From positions 13,418 through 77,417 of the forward strand of contig WGFM01000006.1 of assembly GCA_015492245.1 (NCBI GenBank): DNA of 64,000 bases, read 5' to 3'. Every line of letters starts with the position of its first letter. Within the stretch, counting starts at the first letter, position 1. Made by a program: the position numbers and the translations under genes. The notes under the pieces are model-generated. The model searched no databases. It saw only the letters and a program-made list of their open reading frames with translations, and was not told where the DNA came from. This stretch comes from Deltaproteobacteria bacterium. GTDB taxonomy: Bacteria > Desulfobacterota > GWC2-55-46 > DRQE01. Below are positions 1 through 11,012 of this stretch, one piece after another.

Positions 1-316
1 GGGGATCATTCTGCCCATCTCCGTCGAGGGTTGCCACCACTTTGCCCCTTACATGCCTGAAGCCTGCCATAAGGGCTGTGGACTGTCCATAGTTACGATC
101 AAGTGAGATAAACTGATGCCTCTCATCCAGCGCATGAAGGCTTTCGAGAAGAGACAGGGTAGAGTCCGTGGAGCCATCATCCACCCATATACACTCCCAG
201 CTGCCTTCCCATTTGTCGAGCACACCGGTAATCTCACTGGCGAGAGGTTCTATATTTGCCTCTTCATCCTTGACCGGAACAACTATGCTGAGGTATGTAT
301 CGCCACGGATTACCAT
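1..316 (-). CDS. GT2 family glycosyltransferase (polyprenyl-phosphate sugar synthase, DPM1/ArnC/GtrB-like), N-terminal part; continues past the window start
   Basis: Hand translation of the minus strand from ATG (+314..316) leftward gives MVIRGDTYLSIVVPVKDEEANIEPLASEITGVLDKWEGSWECIWVDDGSTDSTLSLLESLHALDERHQFISLDRNYGQSTALMAGFRHVRGKVVATLDGDGQNDP with no stop before position 1. It carries the SIVVPV..E, DDGS.D and D.D.Q.DP motifs typical of GT2. The ORF track misses it because there is no in-window stop. Confidence 0.6.
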   Translation of the reverse strand, partial: MVIRGDTYLSIVVPVKDEEANIEPLASEITGVLDKWEGSWECIWVDDGSTDSTLSLLESLHALDERHQFISLDRNYGQSTALMAGFRHVRGKVVATLDGDGQNDP

Positions 317-444
317 ATCATCTGCTAACAGACATCCTTATGCGTAAAATATCCTTTTGGATATATCATATTATTTTACCCTTTAAAAGTCTACATTTGC
401 AAGGAAAAACCCCCACCATGGAGGCCAAATACATGAAAAAAACT

Positions 445-2193
445 CTACCCCTTGTGGCCTATCTCGTAGAGGCTGAACCCCCGTGCACTGTAGAGCATTG
501 TAAGGTGATCTCTAAAGAGGCCTGAAAGAAGGGCAAGCCCTCTGACATCGAAGTTGTCATAGGAGAACTTCTCGAAAAGATGGTTGTTTATGAATATATG
601 CGTGAATCCCTTTCTGGACAGCTTATCCCTTAGTTCATCTGATGTCCTGCTCCCCATTACAAGCCTTATAAGGTTTTCTCCAAGCCTTCCTTCGTAGTAG
701 TAATCTCTCTGCCAGTAGTAACCCCTCTCGCCTGTAAAGAAGAATATGACCCTTGCATCTTCTGGAAGATTTCTGTTTGCCCACAGGACAACCTCATAGT
801 CGGGCAGCACCCTCAAAAGGTAGGCATCCCTGGTCTCCCTGCCGGTAACATATCCCAGAGGTCTGTACCTCTCATACAATCCATATACATAAGAGAGGTT
901 GAACAGAAACATGGCTGCCAGAAGCAGGACCACCACATGCCTTGCATACCTCCTTTCAAGTCCCTCCTTTATGGCAAGGGCAACCAATATGATGAAAACG
1001 GCAAGGGCAGGCAGTACATATCTTGTGACGAGATCTGTAGTGAAAAAGGCTACATAAAGGTATAAAAAACAAAAACACACAAGATAGCCGAACCACCCCT
1101 TCTTTTTTCCTACCAGAAACATCAGGGGGATGAAGGCAACAAACACAGGGTTGAGCACCCCATCGAAGTGCTGCATGCTTGAATCCCTTCCCTCGAGAAA
1201 GATCCTGAAAGGCACAAGGAGTATGTCCAGTGTATTCTCTCCATACAGGATATACCTCTTCTCAACAGGTGAGAGTGCCTCACCTATATAAAGCCTGTCT
1301 ACACCCTTTATCATGCCACCCATCAGGGGATGGAAGGGGTTGCCCACCCATATATAATTTCTTATAAGATATGGCAGAAACAACAGAGCAGGCACAAGAG
1401 AGTAAAGAGAAAACTCCTTGATACCAGTGAGCAGGCCCTTTTTTCTCGTGGAATACCAGAGCACAAAGACCGAAAGGATAAAGACCGTTACCGCCCCGTT
1501 ATACTTTACCCCCACGGCAAACCCACCGGCCATGGCAGAAAACAGTAGATACCTCTTTCTATCCTCATCCATCCACTTAAGCAGAGCCACCACAGAGAGG
1601 GTCGAGTAGAATGTAACTCCGAGATCAACATAGGCACTTGCAGATAGCTTCACCACCACAGGGGTGGAGAGAAAGACGAGGGCAGCCACAAGCCCATAGA
1701 AGGTGGACACCTTCTCTCTTATATAGTCGTATATGAGCAATGCCGTAAGAAGGGCGAATCCAAAGTGTATATACCTGGCAGCTGTGTCTATACCCAGGTA
1801 GAGGGGTATGATATAGAGGTAGTCCAGATTCATGGGCAGGTAAGAAAAACCCATGAATGGTATCTCGTAGATACCGCCTGCCTCAAGATATAGCTCTGGG
1901 ACGGCAAGGTGGTGTATGAGGGCATCCCTTGAGACAGGTGGCGTGGATACAAGGGGCAAGATGAGAAGAATCACCCCCACTATAGAGGCTGAAAGTGCGG
2001 CCTCCCTTGCACCCGATCCTCTGAAGTATGAAGGCAGGCCACCAGATAGCACTGCTATTGCGGCAATCACTGCCAGCCCTGGCAGAACAACGAACCCACC
2101 CCGCAGAATACCCAGATGCCCTACAAGGAAGACATACATGCTTGCAAGCCACAGAAAAGAACCAGTGGCGAAGAGTCTATGGAAAAGCGACAT
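445..2193 (-). CDS. GT-C fold membrane glycosyltransferase (GT39/GT83 ArnT/PMT-like), polytopic with a C-terminal soluble domain
   Basis: 582 aa with about 11-13 hydrophobic segments. The first loop has an R-D-A-L-I-H-H acidic/His motif, and a ~150-aa hydrophilic domain sits at the C-terminus. It lies directly upstream (same strand) of the GT2 gene. Confidence 0.5.
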   Translation of the reverse strand: MSLFHRLFATGSFLWLASMYVFLVGHLGILRGGFVVLPGLAVIAAIAVLSGGLPSYFRGSGAREAALSASIVGVILLILPLVSTPPVSRDALIHHLAVPELYLEAGGIYEIPFMGFSYLPMNLDYLYIIPLYLGIDTAARYIHFGFALLTALLIYDYIREKVSTFYGLVAALVFLSTPVVVKLSASAYVDLGVTFYSTLSVVALLKWMDEDRKRYLLFSAMAGGFAVGVKYNGAVTVFILSVFVLWYSTRKKGLLTGIKEFSLYSLVPALLFLPYLIRNYIWVGNPFHPLMGGMIKGVDRLYIGEALSPVEKRYILYGENTLDILLVPFRIFLEGRDSSMQHFDGVLNPVFVAFIPLMFLVGKKKGWFGYLVCFCFLYLYVAFFTTDLVTRYVLPALAVFIILVALAIKEGLERRYARHVVVLLLAAMFLFNLSYVYGLYERYRPLGYVTGRETRDAYLLRVLPDYEVVLWANRNLPEDARVIFFFTGERGYYWQRDYYYEGRLGENLIRLVMGSRTSDELRDKLSRKGFTHIFINNHLFEKFSYDNFDVRGLALLSGLFRDHLTMLYSARGFSLYEIGHKG

Positions 2194-2259
2194 GGATGCA
2201 CCTGCTCATCATTGTGTGCACACAGAAAGATGGGGCTTACAGTGCCTGTTGGGGTCGGG

Positions 2260-2448
2260 TCAGGCCATCTTTCCCTGTCTTGCCAGAAAATCCCCCACTG
2301 CCAGCCTCACCATGGCACTAACGCTCCAGCGCTGTCCGAGCCTTCTGGTATACTCGCTGGCAAGTTCCCTGAGAAGTGCGAGCTGGTCTTCCTCTATGTT
2401 CACACTTATCTTTACGAGTTTCTCTTCGTGATGGTGGTGTTCTTTCAT
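2260..2448 (-). CDS. Ribbon-helix-helix (CopG/Arc family) DNA-binding protein with His-rich N-terminus
   Basis: 62 aa. MKEHHHHEEK, then an RHH-like beta-strand/helix pattern (KISVNIEEDQLALLRELASEY..). It overlaps the upstream gene by 4 nt. Confidence 0.45.
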   Translation of the reverse strand: MKEHHHHEEKLVKISVNIEEDQLALLRELASEYTRRLGQRWSVSAMVRLAVGDFLARQGKMA

Positions 2449-2843
2449 CTTTCCTCCGCCTTGAGTAGTTTAAGCCCCCTTCTGGCATCCTCTGCAAGTG
2501 GACTTTCGGGATACTCCCTGAGGAGTCTCTCCATATTCTCTATGGCCTTCTTCCTCTCTCCTTTTTCGATGTGCTCCAGGGCATCCTCCATGAGGGTGAG
2601 TTCCTCCTTGCTTATGCTGATGTCCTTCCAGTAAAGCCCTTCGTCCACATTCTGTTCCGCTCCCTTGACTCCTGCTATGGCCTCTCTGTTCTCCTTCTTA
2701 TCATCCTTGCCCTTGGTAACCATCTTTAGTTTGTGGGACACATTCTTGAGCCACACACTCAGTGCATCCTTAATACCTTCAGAAGCCATTGCCCCGGCCG
2801 AAAGAAAAAGCATAAGGATTGCAAACACGACTAACCTTTTCAT
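2445..2843 (-). CDS. Secreted hypothetical protein (signal peptide, Lys/Glu-rich helical)
   Basis: The N-terminus MKRLVVFAILMLFLSAGAMA is a type I signal. No recognisable domain. Confidence 0.4.
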   Translation of the reverse strand: MKRLVVFAILMLFLSAGAMASEGIKDALSVWLKNVSHKLKMVTKGKDDKKENREAIAGVKGAEQNVDEGLYWKDISISKEELTLMEDALEHIEKGERKKAIENMERLLREYPESPLAEDARRGLKLLKAEER

Positions 2844-2861
2844 CCCTGCAAACCTCCTTCT

Positions 2862-5327
2862 TTAACCATTTATATCTGTATACAGTGTTATGTATCTGTC
2901 TTTCAGTTTTCCGTCTATCTCAACAGCCTTCATAAAATAATACTTTGCCATCTTGCGGTTGCCAAGCCTCATGTAGGCCCGTGCAATGTTTACAAGTATG
3001 TTGCCATCCTCCTTGTCCAGATTATGTGCCATCTTGTAGTACTTGATGGCCCTTTCGTATCTTCTTTTAAGGTAGTATATATTGCCCATGTTGTTCAACA
3101 GTGCTGGCTTTCTATCAAGTTCCGGAATGCTTCTTGCCACTTTCAGCGCTTCGTCGAGCATTTCCTCCATGGCATAGAATCTTACCAGTCTAACAAGCCC
3201 CGGGGTTCCGAGCCCTTCGAGTTCTTTCCTTACATGTTGAAGCCTCTTTTTGCGGAACCTTTCGAGTTGCCTGGAAAGTCTCTTCTCTACAGCTCCTCTG
3301 TCCAGCTTTACAACAGCTGTTCTTGCTGGCAGGTTGGGGGCAAGGTAGAGGGCGCGTGCCTTTTCAAACTCCATTATCCTGGGCTTGTTGCTCAACCTCC
3401 TGTAGTTTTCCACACCTTTCTTCCATGCCTCGGTAAAGGATGCTCCCACAACTGTTGTCTCCACAGGTATCCATATGGCACCCCCATAGGGCACATAGCT
3501 TTCTTCTGGAAAGCCGAAGTATATGCTTTCATCTTCTGATACACCGGTATCAAACATGACGAACACATGGCCTGGCACATCCACAATGGCTGTCCTTATG
3601 CCCACGGCCTCGAGCAATGAGGAATAAAGGCTTGTAAGGTCATCGCAGTCGCCAACCTTTCTTACGATGGTCTCCCGTGGAAACTGCACAAAATCAACCA
3701 CCCCCTTGAGTCCAGATACAACGCTGTAGGGTGAATTCGGGTCCTCCATGTAGGATATGCCAAGAACCCCCATGGCCTCAAAGAGGGCGGCTGCCTTGAC
3801 GAGATTACGGCCGAGCCCTCTATCGCTGTAACCTACCACGGCATCTGTAGCAATATCAACTACAACAGGGTCCCTCGGTGTTATAAAAGAGGCTATCTTC
3901 CCCTTGTCATCCCACAGGAGGGCATGTTTCTCATACACATATATGGGACTGTTGAGAGTAACCACACCTCTCTTTCCCCTGTCCATATAGGTTACCTTTA
4001 TCTCGGACTGTATGAATGTGTTGTCTGTTATGTCGAGTATCTTGCTGTTGAAGACTATGTTCAGGGTTTTCTTTACAGTCTTTCCGGGTGGAAGCTTGCC
4101 TACGGTTATCCTTGTGGGATAGTCTATATACTTTTTGACAGCTATGGATATGGTTACATCACCCAGGGGGTTAGATGTTGTATTCTTAAGTACTATCGTT
4201 CCTGCAGGATGAATTGCATAGTATTTGTAGTTACTGGAGAAGACCTTATCGAAACTGACCTCTACTTTAAGTGGTGGCTCTGCACCCCCATGTTCTGAAA
4301 GCCGTTTCTTTACAGAGCCCATGGTGGTATGAAATCTATCGAACAGTTTCGCATAGGAGTTCTTTATGGCTGTCTTCCTGCCCATCGCATCGTCCACATG
4401 GATTATTCTGGTTCTGTCCCTGAGATGGGCAAGTGGTTTGAAGGGGTGCACACTGTAGAGGGTCATCTCAACCCTACCATCAAACTCCTTGAAGTTACCA
4501 CCGAGCACCTGCTCGCCTATCTTTATATCCTCTACAAGTTCCACAGCCACATCCACAGCCTTAAGTTTATCCTGTATCTTGTAGAACTCTCCCCTGCCAA
4601 GGTCCTCCACCCTGTATCCATGTGAGGCAAGCTCTTTTATAAAGTCCTTTCTATATCTATCGCTTCCCCTGTGGGTTATAACCCCTATCCTCAACCCCTT
4701 CTTTTCTGTTCTTGAGTCCACCTTCTCCTTGAGTCTTCCCGTATCAACAAACATCATGTAGATGGCACCATCTTCTGTCTGATGGATGGTCTCTCCTGTA
4801 AGCACATAGTCGGGGATATGTGGAAGCACCTTTTCTCTGAACAGTCTTATCTCCTCTGTGGTGGGCTCTTTTATGAGTTCATAGAAGGCCTGCTTGAGTG
4901 CCTTCATTTCCACCACCTTTGATACCACACCAAGACTTGTGCCACCTTTAGGCCTGTTCTCTACGAATACCACGGCCACCCCTCCAGGAGGCTTTTTGAG
5001 AAAAGGCAGCCTCACCCCTGATGAGCCTTTTATGGCAGCCATGGTAAGAAGGCTTATATGTTCACTTCTACCCTTGAGTCTTTCAATGGCTTCCATCTTT
5101 CTGCCTGTTCTGAAAAGTGAATAGGCGAGCGTAGCATTCAGAGCCGGGTTATCCTTCTCTTTGAGCAACTCTGTGGCAGAATCTGCTGCCTGCGCCCAGT
5201 TTCCGTCGAGAAGGGCTCTGGCAAATCTATCCTTTGTGTCTGTATCAGGGCTGGCTGGTATTGCCTGGGTTGTCCAGATAACGAGGAGAAAGGTTAAAGG
5301 GATTAGAAGCCCCCTTATTCCATGCAT
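2862..5327 (-). CDS. Secreted transglutaminase-like cysteine protease domain protein with C-terminal TPR repeats
   Basis: 821 aa with a signal peptide. The motif GDCDDLTSLYSSLLEAVGIRTAIVDVPGHVFVMFD is the Cys-His-Asp transglutaminase-like core. The C-terminus has TPR-like repeats (GNIYYLKRRYERAIKYYKMA..ARAYMRLGNRKMAKYYF). Confidence 0.6.
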   Translation of the reverse strand: MHGIRGLLIPLTFLLVIWTTQAIPASPDTDTKDRFARALLDGNWAQAADSATELLKEKDNPALNATLAYSLFRTGRKMEAIERLKGRSEHISLLTMAAIKGSSGVRLPFLKKPPGGVAVVFVENRPKGGTSLGVVSKVVEMKALKQAFYELIKEPTTEEIRLFREKVLPHIPDYVLTGETIHQTEDGAIYMMFVDTGRLKEKVDSRTEKKGLRIGVITHRGSDRYRKDFIKELASHGYRVEDLGRGEFYKIQDKLKAVDVAVELVEDIKIGEQVLGGNFKEFDGRVEMTLYSVHPFKPLAHLRDRTRIIHVDDAMGRKTAIKNSYAKLFDRFHTTMGSVKKRLSEHGGAEPPLKVEVSFDKVFSSNYKYYAIHPAGTIVLKNTTSNPLGDVTISIAVKKYIDYPTRITVGKLPPGKTVKKTLNIVFNSKILDITDNTFIQSEIKVTYMDRGKRGVVTLNSPIYVYEKHALLWDDKGKIASFITPRDPVVVDIATDAVVGYSDRGLGRNLVKAAALFEAMGVLGISYMEDPNSPYSVVSGLKGVVDFVQFPRETIVRKVGDCDDLTSLYSSLLEAVGIRTAIVDVPGHVFVMFDTGVSEDESIYFGFPEESYVPYGGAIWIPVETTVVGASFTEAWKKGVENYRRLSNKPRIMEFEKARALYLAPNLPARTAVVKLDRGAVEKRLSRQLERFRKKRLQHVRKELEGLGTPGLVRLVRFYAMEEMLDEALKVARSIPELDRKPALLNNMGNIYYLKRRYERAIKYYKMAHNLDKEDGNILVNIARAYMRLGNRKMAKYYFMKAVEIDGKLKDRYITLYTDING

Positions 5328-5328
5328 A

Positions 5329-7320
5329 TTATATTACACCTTCTGCCAGTATTTTCTGCATCTGCCGTTTTATTTGTGTGGCATCCACACCCTTGTTTTC
5401 TGCTATAAAGCGTGCCCTTACCAGCTCTATCAGGGATTTTCTAAGGTTGCCACTTTCTTCAAGTCTCAAGGCCTTCTGGAACAGTCGCTTTTCCGCTTCT
5501 GAGAAGATGGCCTTAAGCTTTCCTCCCATCTCTCTTACCACTTCGTCTTCGACGGTTTTAAGGAGTTCCGAGTCGGCAGGTAGATTTGGCAGCCTCTCCT
5601 CTATGTTTATGTCTCCTATGCTGACGCCCTCTCTTCCCTCAGAGGTTCTGGCCTCCTTCTTCTCCACCACATCCACATATATGATGTTACCGTTCGAGTC
5701 CACTACCCTCCATCCAACCGACACGCTGGCCACCTTTTTGTAGTGTGTAATCCTGTATTTCACATTTTCGAACACTGGTTCATCAATATACTTTGGTGGC
5801 TCACTGCCTGTCCTTCCCTTTGCGGCCCATTCCTCGTATGCAGGATTAAGTGCTTTTCTGGTGCCCACCTTTGCCCTCATGGTCTTGAAGTTGTTGAGAA
5901 CAGAGTTCTCCACCCTGTAATCCGTAACACTTCCTATGATCAGATAATCAGCCCCTATGAGTTTCAGTATATCCCTTCTCAGCTCTCCTCCCTGCAGTGC
6001 CTTCACCTCTTTCTCCTTTATTATTGCCTCCATGGCACTTCTCTCGAGTATCTTCACATCCTTTCCCAGTTCATTGTATACATAATAGAGTATCCGTGTT
6101 GCGAGCATATTGCCTGCGTCCACATTGTAGGAGGGTCCGCTGAAGGGTATTATCGCAAGGGTTGGATGGGAATATCTTTCGAGCTCTTCCTTCCAGCCAT
6201 CCTTGAGGGCTATTATCTCTGGATAATCGGGCTCTATCATTGAGACAACATCGACATAGAGGTATGCTATCTCCTTTTCACCATTCTGCCACTCCTCTTT
6301 TGCCCGCACAAACATCTCGTCAACCACCCTTTTTATCTCTCCTGCTGGCACGGAGACATGTCTTCTCTTCTCGTAGGGCAATCTCTTGATCAGGGATATG
6401 GCCTTAAGGAATGTTGCACCAGAAGAGAGCAGGAGGTCCTCTCTTGAGAACTCCATCCCTGCCCTTAGAAGCCTTTCTGCCCACATCTGCAGTGTGGTAT
6501 TTATCAATTCTGTTGCCTCTTTCGTATCGCTGTAGGCAATGGAAAGTTCGGCAAACCTCAAGGCGCGCTCGAAGTCTTCCTTCCTGAAGGCCCTCTTTGC
6601 CTCTTCAATGTGATACCTGTAGGAGTCCCTGTCTTTTGTCAATGCCAGTTCTTCTTTTACATCCCTGAAGGCAGGGTCTATCTCGTAGATGGTGCCGAAG
6701 ATCCTGTGTGCAACCTGCCATCTCTCTTCTTTCCTTGCCCTTAGACCCTCTTCATAGAGTGTGCTGAGAGTTCTTGCCCTGTATTCCTCAACAACTGTCT
6801 GCCTCGATGGATCAAGCCTTACAGCCTTCTCAAAAAGGACAAATGCCTCCTTAATCCTCTTTGCTTTCTCCTCTGTGTAGGCCTTTTCCATGAGGTCTCT
6901 TACTGTCTTAATGGTATTCTCTCTCTTCTTCTCTATCAGGGCTTTCACCCCTGTAATATCCACAGAGGGGTTTATCTTTACAACCTCATCAAGCTCTTTT
7001 TCGAACTGTGCGAGCCTTTCCATTGGCACGGGCTCTGGGGTATCTTCTACAGCCATCGTCAATGTCCTGAGCCTCTGGCCTGCGTACTTGCGGCTTGTCT
7101 CTTCCATCTTGTTGCAGAGAAAATCCGAAGGATTCTTTGCACAGAGCTCTTTGAGTATTCCATATGCGTCTGCGTATCTACCCTGCTTGATGGCACTGTA
7201 GTAGTCTTCCCTCTGTTTGAGCGCCACACAACTGTAGAGGAATGCCACAAGGGTTATAAGTATGATACCTCTCACCATGCTTTCTTCTATAAGCCCCCTG
7301 TCTCCTTTATATATATTCAT
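5329..7320 (-). CDS. Lipoprotein with long helical (TPR-like) N-terminal region and C-terminal CsgG/LpoB-fold domain
   Basis: 663 aa. Lipobox-like LVAFLYSC. The C-terminal half reads LAIIPFSG..NMLATRI..ADYLIIGSVTDY..VSVGWRVVD, which resembles the CsgG family. A 2-nt gap separates it from the downstream transglutaminase-like gene. Confidence 0.5.
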   Translation of the reverse strand: MNIYKGDRGLIEESMVRGIILITLVAFLYSCVALKQREDYYSAIKQGRYADAYGILKELCAKNPSDFLCNKMEETSRKYAGQRLRTLTMAVEDTPEPVPMERLAQFEKELDEVVKINPSVDITGVKALIEKKRENTIKTVRDLMEKAYTEEKAKRIKEAFVLFEKAVRLDPSRQTVVEEYRARTLSTLYEEGLRARKEERWQVAHRIFGTIYEIDPAFRDVKEELALTKDRDSYRYHIEEAKRAFRKEDFERALRFAELSIAYSDTKEATELINTTLQMWAERLLRAGMEFSREDLLLSSGATFLKAISLIKRLPYEKRRHVSVPAGEIKRVVDEMFVRAKEEWQNGEKEIAYLYVDVVSMIEPDYPEIIALKDGWKEELERYSHPTLAIIPFSGPSYNVDAGNMLATRILYYVYNELGKDVKILERSAMEAIIKEKEVKALQGGELRRDILKLIGADYLIIGSVTDYRVENSVLNNFKTMRAKVGTRKALNPAYEEWAAKGRTGSEPPKYIDEPVFENVKYRITHYKKVASVSVGWRVVDSNGNIIYVDVVEKKEARTSEGREGVSIGDINIEERLPNLPADSELLKTVEDEVVREMGGKLKAIFSEAEKRLFQKALRLEESGNLRKSLIELVRARFIAENKGVDATQIKRQMQKILAEGVI

Positions 7321-8006
7321 TTCTTCTCAAACTTCTTCCTAATATCCTCTTTCCAGTCTCTGTGCTTGTTCATTATTCTGAGCACCTCAAGGGGATCGTC
7401 TGTAACCTTTATTATATTGAGCTCTTCCCTGTCTATGGTACCATATTTTAGCATAGTATTTTCCATGAAGTCGAGTATAGGTGCCCAGTACTCTATACCG
7501 AACAGTATGAGAGGGAATGGATATATCTTGTGTGTCTGTATGAGTGTCAGTGCCTCGAAGAACTCATCGAGGGTTCCGAACCCACCTGGCATACACACAT
7601 ATCCCATGGCATATTTTACGAACATCACCTTTCTTGCAAAGAAGTATCTGAAGTGGAGGGATCTGTTCTGGTAGGGATTTGGTTTCTGTTCTTTTGGCAG
7701 TGTTATGTTGAGTCCGACAGATAGCCCTCCACCGAGCATGGCACCCCTGTTTGCGGCCTCCATGAGGCCAGGGCCTCCACCTGTTATGATCGTATAGCCA
7801 TTTTCTGCAAGTATTTTTGCAACCTCAACGGTCTTCCTGTAGAACTTGTTCCTTGGCTTGAACCTTGCAGAACCAAATATGCTCACCGCTGGTCCTATGT
7901 CTGCAAGCTCTTCGAAGCCTTCTACGAACTCACTCAGTATACGAAAGAGCCGCCATGTTTCTTTCCCCTTAAGGTCATCTATGGTTGCCATTCCATCTAC
8001 TCCCAC
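7317..8006 (-). CDS. LOG family protein (cytokinin riboside 5'-monophosphate phosphoribohydrolase-like / nucleotide nucleosidase)
   Basis: Has the GGGPGLMEA and PGGFGTLDE motifs characteristic of the LOG/TIGR00730 family. Confidence 0.8.
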   Translation of the reverse strand: MGVDGMATIDDLKGKETWRLFRILSEFVEGFEELADIGPAVSIFGSARFKPRNKFYRKTVEVAKILAENGYTIITGGGPGLMEAANRGAMLGGGLSVGLNITLPKEQKPNPYQNRSLHFRYFFARKVMFVKYAMGYVCMPGGFGTLDEFFEALTLIQTHKIYPFPLILFGIEYWAPILDFMENTMLKYGTIDREELNIIKVTDDPLEVLRIMNKHRDWKEDIRKKFEKK

Positions 8007-9547
8007 TCTATGGTGCTTGGTGGTTTTGAGCTTATGTCGTATACCACCCTGTTGATGCCTCTTGCCTCGTTTATAACCCTTGATGATATGCGCTCGAGCA
8101 CATCATACGGCACCCTTGTCCAGTCTGCGGTCATGCCATCCACACTGTCGACTATCCTTACGGCAAGGGTATTCTCGTAGGTTCTCTCATCTCCCATAAC
8201 ACCCACTGTCTTTACAGGAAGGAGCACCGCAAATGCCTGCCACACCTTTCCATAAAGGCCTGCCTTCTTTATCTCCTCGAGCACTATTGCATCTGCCTTG
8301 CGCAGTATGGCGCACTTTCTTGGGGTAACCTCTCCGATTATCCTTATGGCAAGCCCAGGGCCTGGGAAGGGATGCCTCTCTACAAGCTCTGCTGGAAGGC
8401 CAAGTTCTCTACCAAGCACCCTCACCTCGTCCTTGAACAGCTCCCTCAGTGGTTCCACAAGCTCAAGACACATCCTCTTTAGAAGTCCTCCCACATTGTG
8501 GTGGCTCTTTATGGTGGCAGAGGGTCCCTTGTGGGACACACTCTCTATCACATCGGGATAGAGGGTGCCCTGTGCAAGGAACTTGACCCTCTTTATCTTT
8601 CGTGCCTCCTCTTCGAACACCCTTATGAACTCGTTGCCTATGAGCTTGCGTTTTCTCTCGGGGTCTACGACACCCCGGAGTTTTTCGAAGAACCTCTTTC
8701 TGGCGTTTATCCTCTTTATTCGCATGTGGAAGTTCTCTCTCAGTGTTGAGTATACCTTCTCTGGCTCACCCTTTCTCAGAACCCCGTTATCCACGAATAT
8801 GCAGGTAAGCCTGTCTCCCACCGCCCTGTGCACAAGGGCGGCGGTAACCGCAGAGTCCACCCCACCACTTATTCCACATACCACCCTGTGGCCATCCACC
8901 TGCTCTCTTATCCCTTCCACCGCATTCTCTATGAAAGAGCCCATGGTCCACAGTGGCCTGCAGCCACATATCCTGAAAAGAAAGTTCTTCAGTATCTTCT
9001 TACCCTTCGGGGTATGCACCACCTCTGGATGAAACTGCACACCAAAGAACCTTCTTTTTTTATCCTTCATGGCCCCTATTACACCCCTTTCGGTATGTGC
9101 AATGGCCGTAAATCCAGCTGGAAGCCTCTCAACCCCATCGCCATGGCTCATCCACACCTTTATGGGTTCATCCCTGAACCCACTGAAGAGGTCTTCTGTG
9201 TCTTCTATGGTGAGATAGGCCGGGCCGTACTCTCGCCTCTCACTTCTTTCCACCTTTCCGCCAAAGAGCCTTGCCGTAAACTGCATGCCGTAGCATATAC
9301 CGAGCACAGGTATGCCGAGATCAAAGAGTACCTTTGAGACCTTCGGGGCACCCCTATCGTGCACACTCGATGGCCCGCCTGAAAGGATTATCCCCTTTGG
9401 ATTAAACCTTTTTATAGCAGACAGTGGTTTGTTGTATGGGTGTATCTCGCAGTATACATGGGCCTCCCTCACCCTTCTTGCTATGAGCTGGGTATACTGG
9501 GAGCCGAAGTCAAGTATAAGTATTCTGTGCCGGTGTATGTCCTTCAT
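7997..9547 (-). CDS. guaA: GMP synthase (glutamine-hydrolysing)
   Basis: 516 aa. N-terminal class I glutamine amidotransferase ([17 protein letters not shown]), a central ATP-PPase with the SGGVDS P-loop, and a C-terminal dimerisation domain ending ..IEWE. Confidence 0.95.
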   Translation of the reverse strand: MKDIHRHRILILDFGSQYTQLIARRVREAHVYCEIHPYNKPLSAIKRFNPKGIILSGGPSSVHDRGAPKVSKVLFDLGIPVLGICYGMQFTARLFGGKVERSERREYGPAYLTIEDTEDLFSGFRDEPIKVWMSHGDGVERLPAGFTAIAHTERGVIGAMKDKKRRFFGVQFHPEVVHTPKGKKILKNFLFRICGCRPLWTMGSFIENAVEGIREQVDGHRVVCGISGGVDSAVTAALVHRAVGDRLTCIFVDNGVLRKGEPEKVYSTLRENFHMRIKRINARKRFFEKLRGVVDPERKRKLIGNEFIRVFEEEARKIKRVKFLAQGTLYPDVIESVSHKGPSATIKSHHNVGGLLKRMCLELVEPLRELFKDEVRVLGRELGLPAELVERHPFPGPGLAIRIIGEVTPRKCAILRKADAIVLEEIKKAGLYGKVWQAFAVLLPVKTVGVMGDERTYENTLAVRIVDSVDGMTADWTRVPYDVLERISSRVINEARGINRVVYDISSKPPSTIEWE

Positions 9548-9548
9548 C

Positions 9549-11012
<1,464 letters not shown>

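Noticed and set aside
49-328. ORF-track ORFs 49..237 (-) and 116..328 (+) at the window start
   Set aside because: Their translations have no recognisable features. The overlapping minus-strand frame ending at 316 gives a clean GT2 N-terminus, so these are alternative-frame artefacts.
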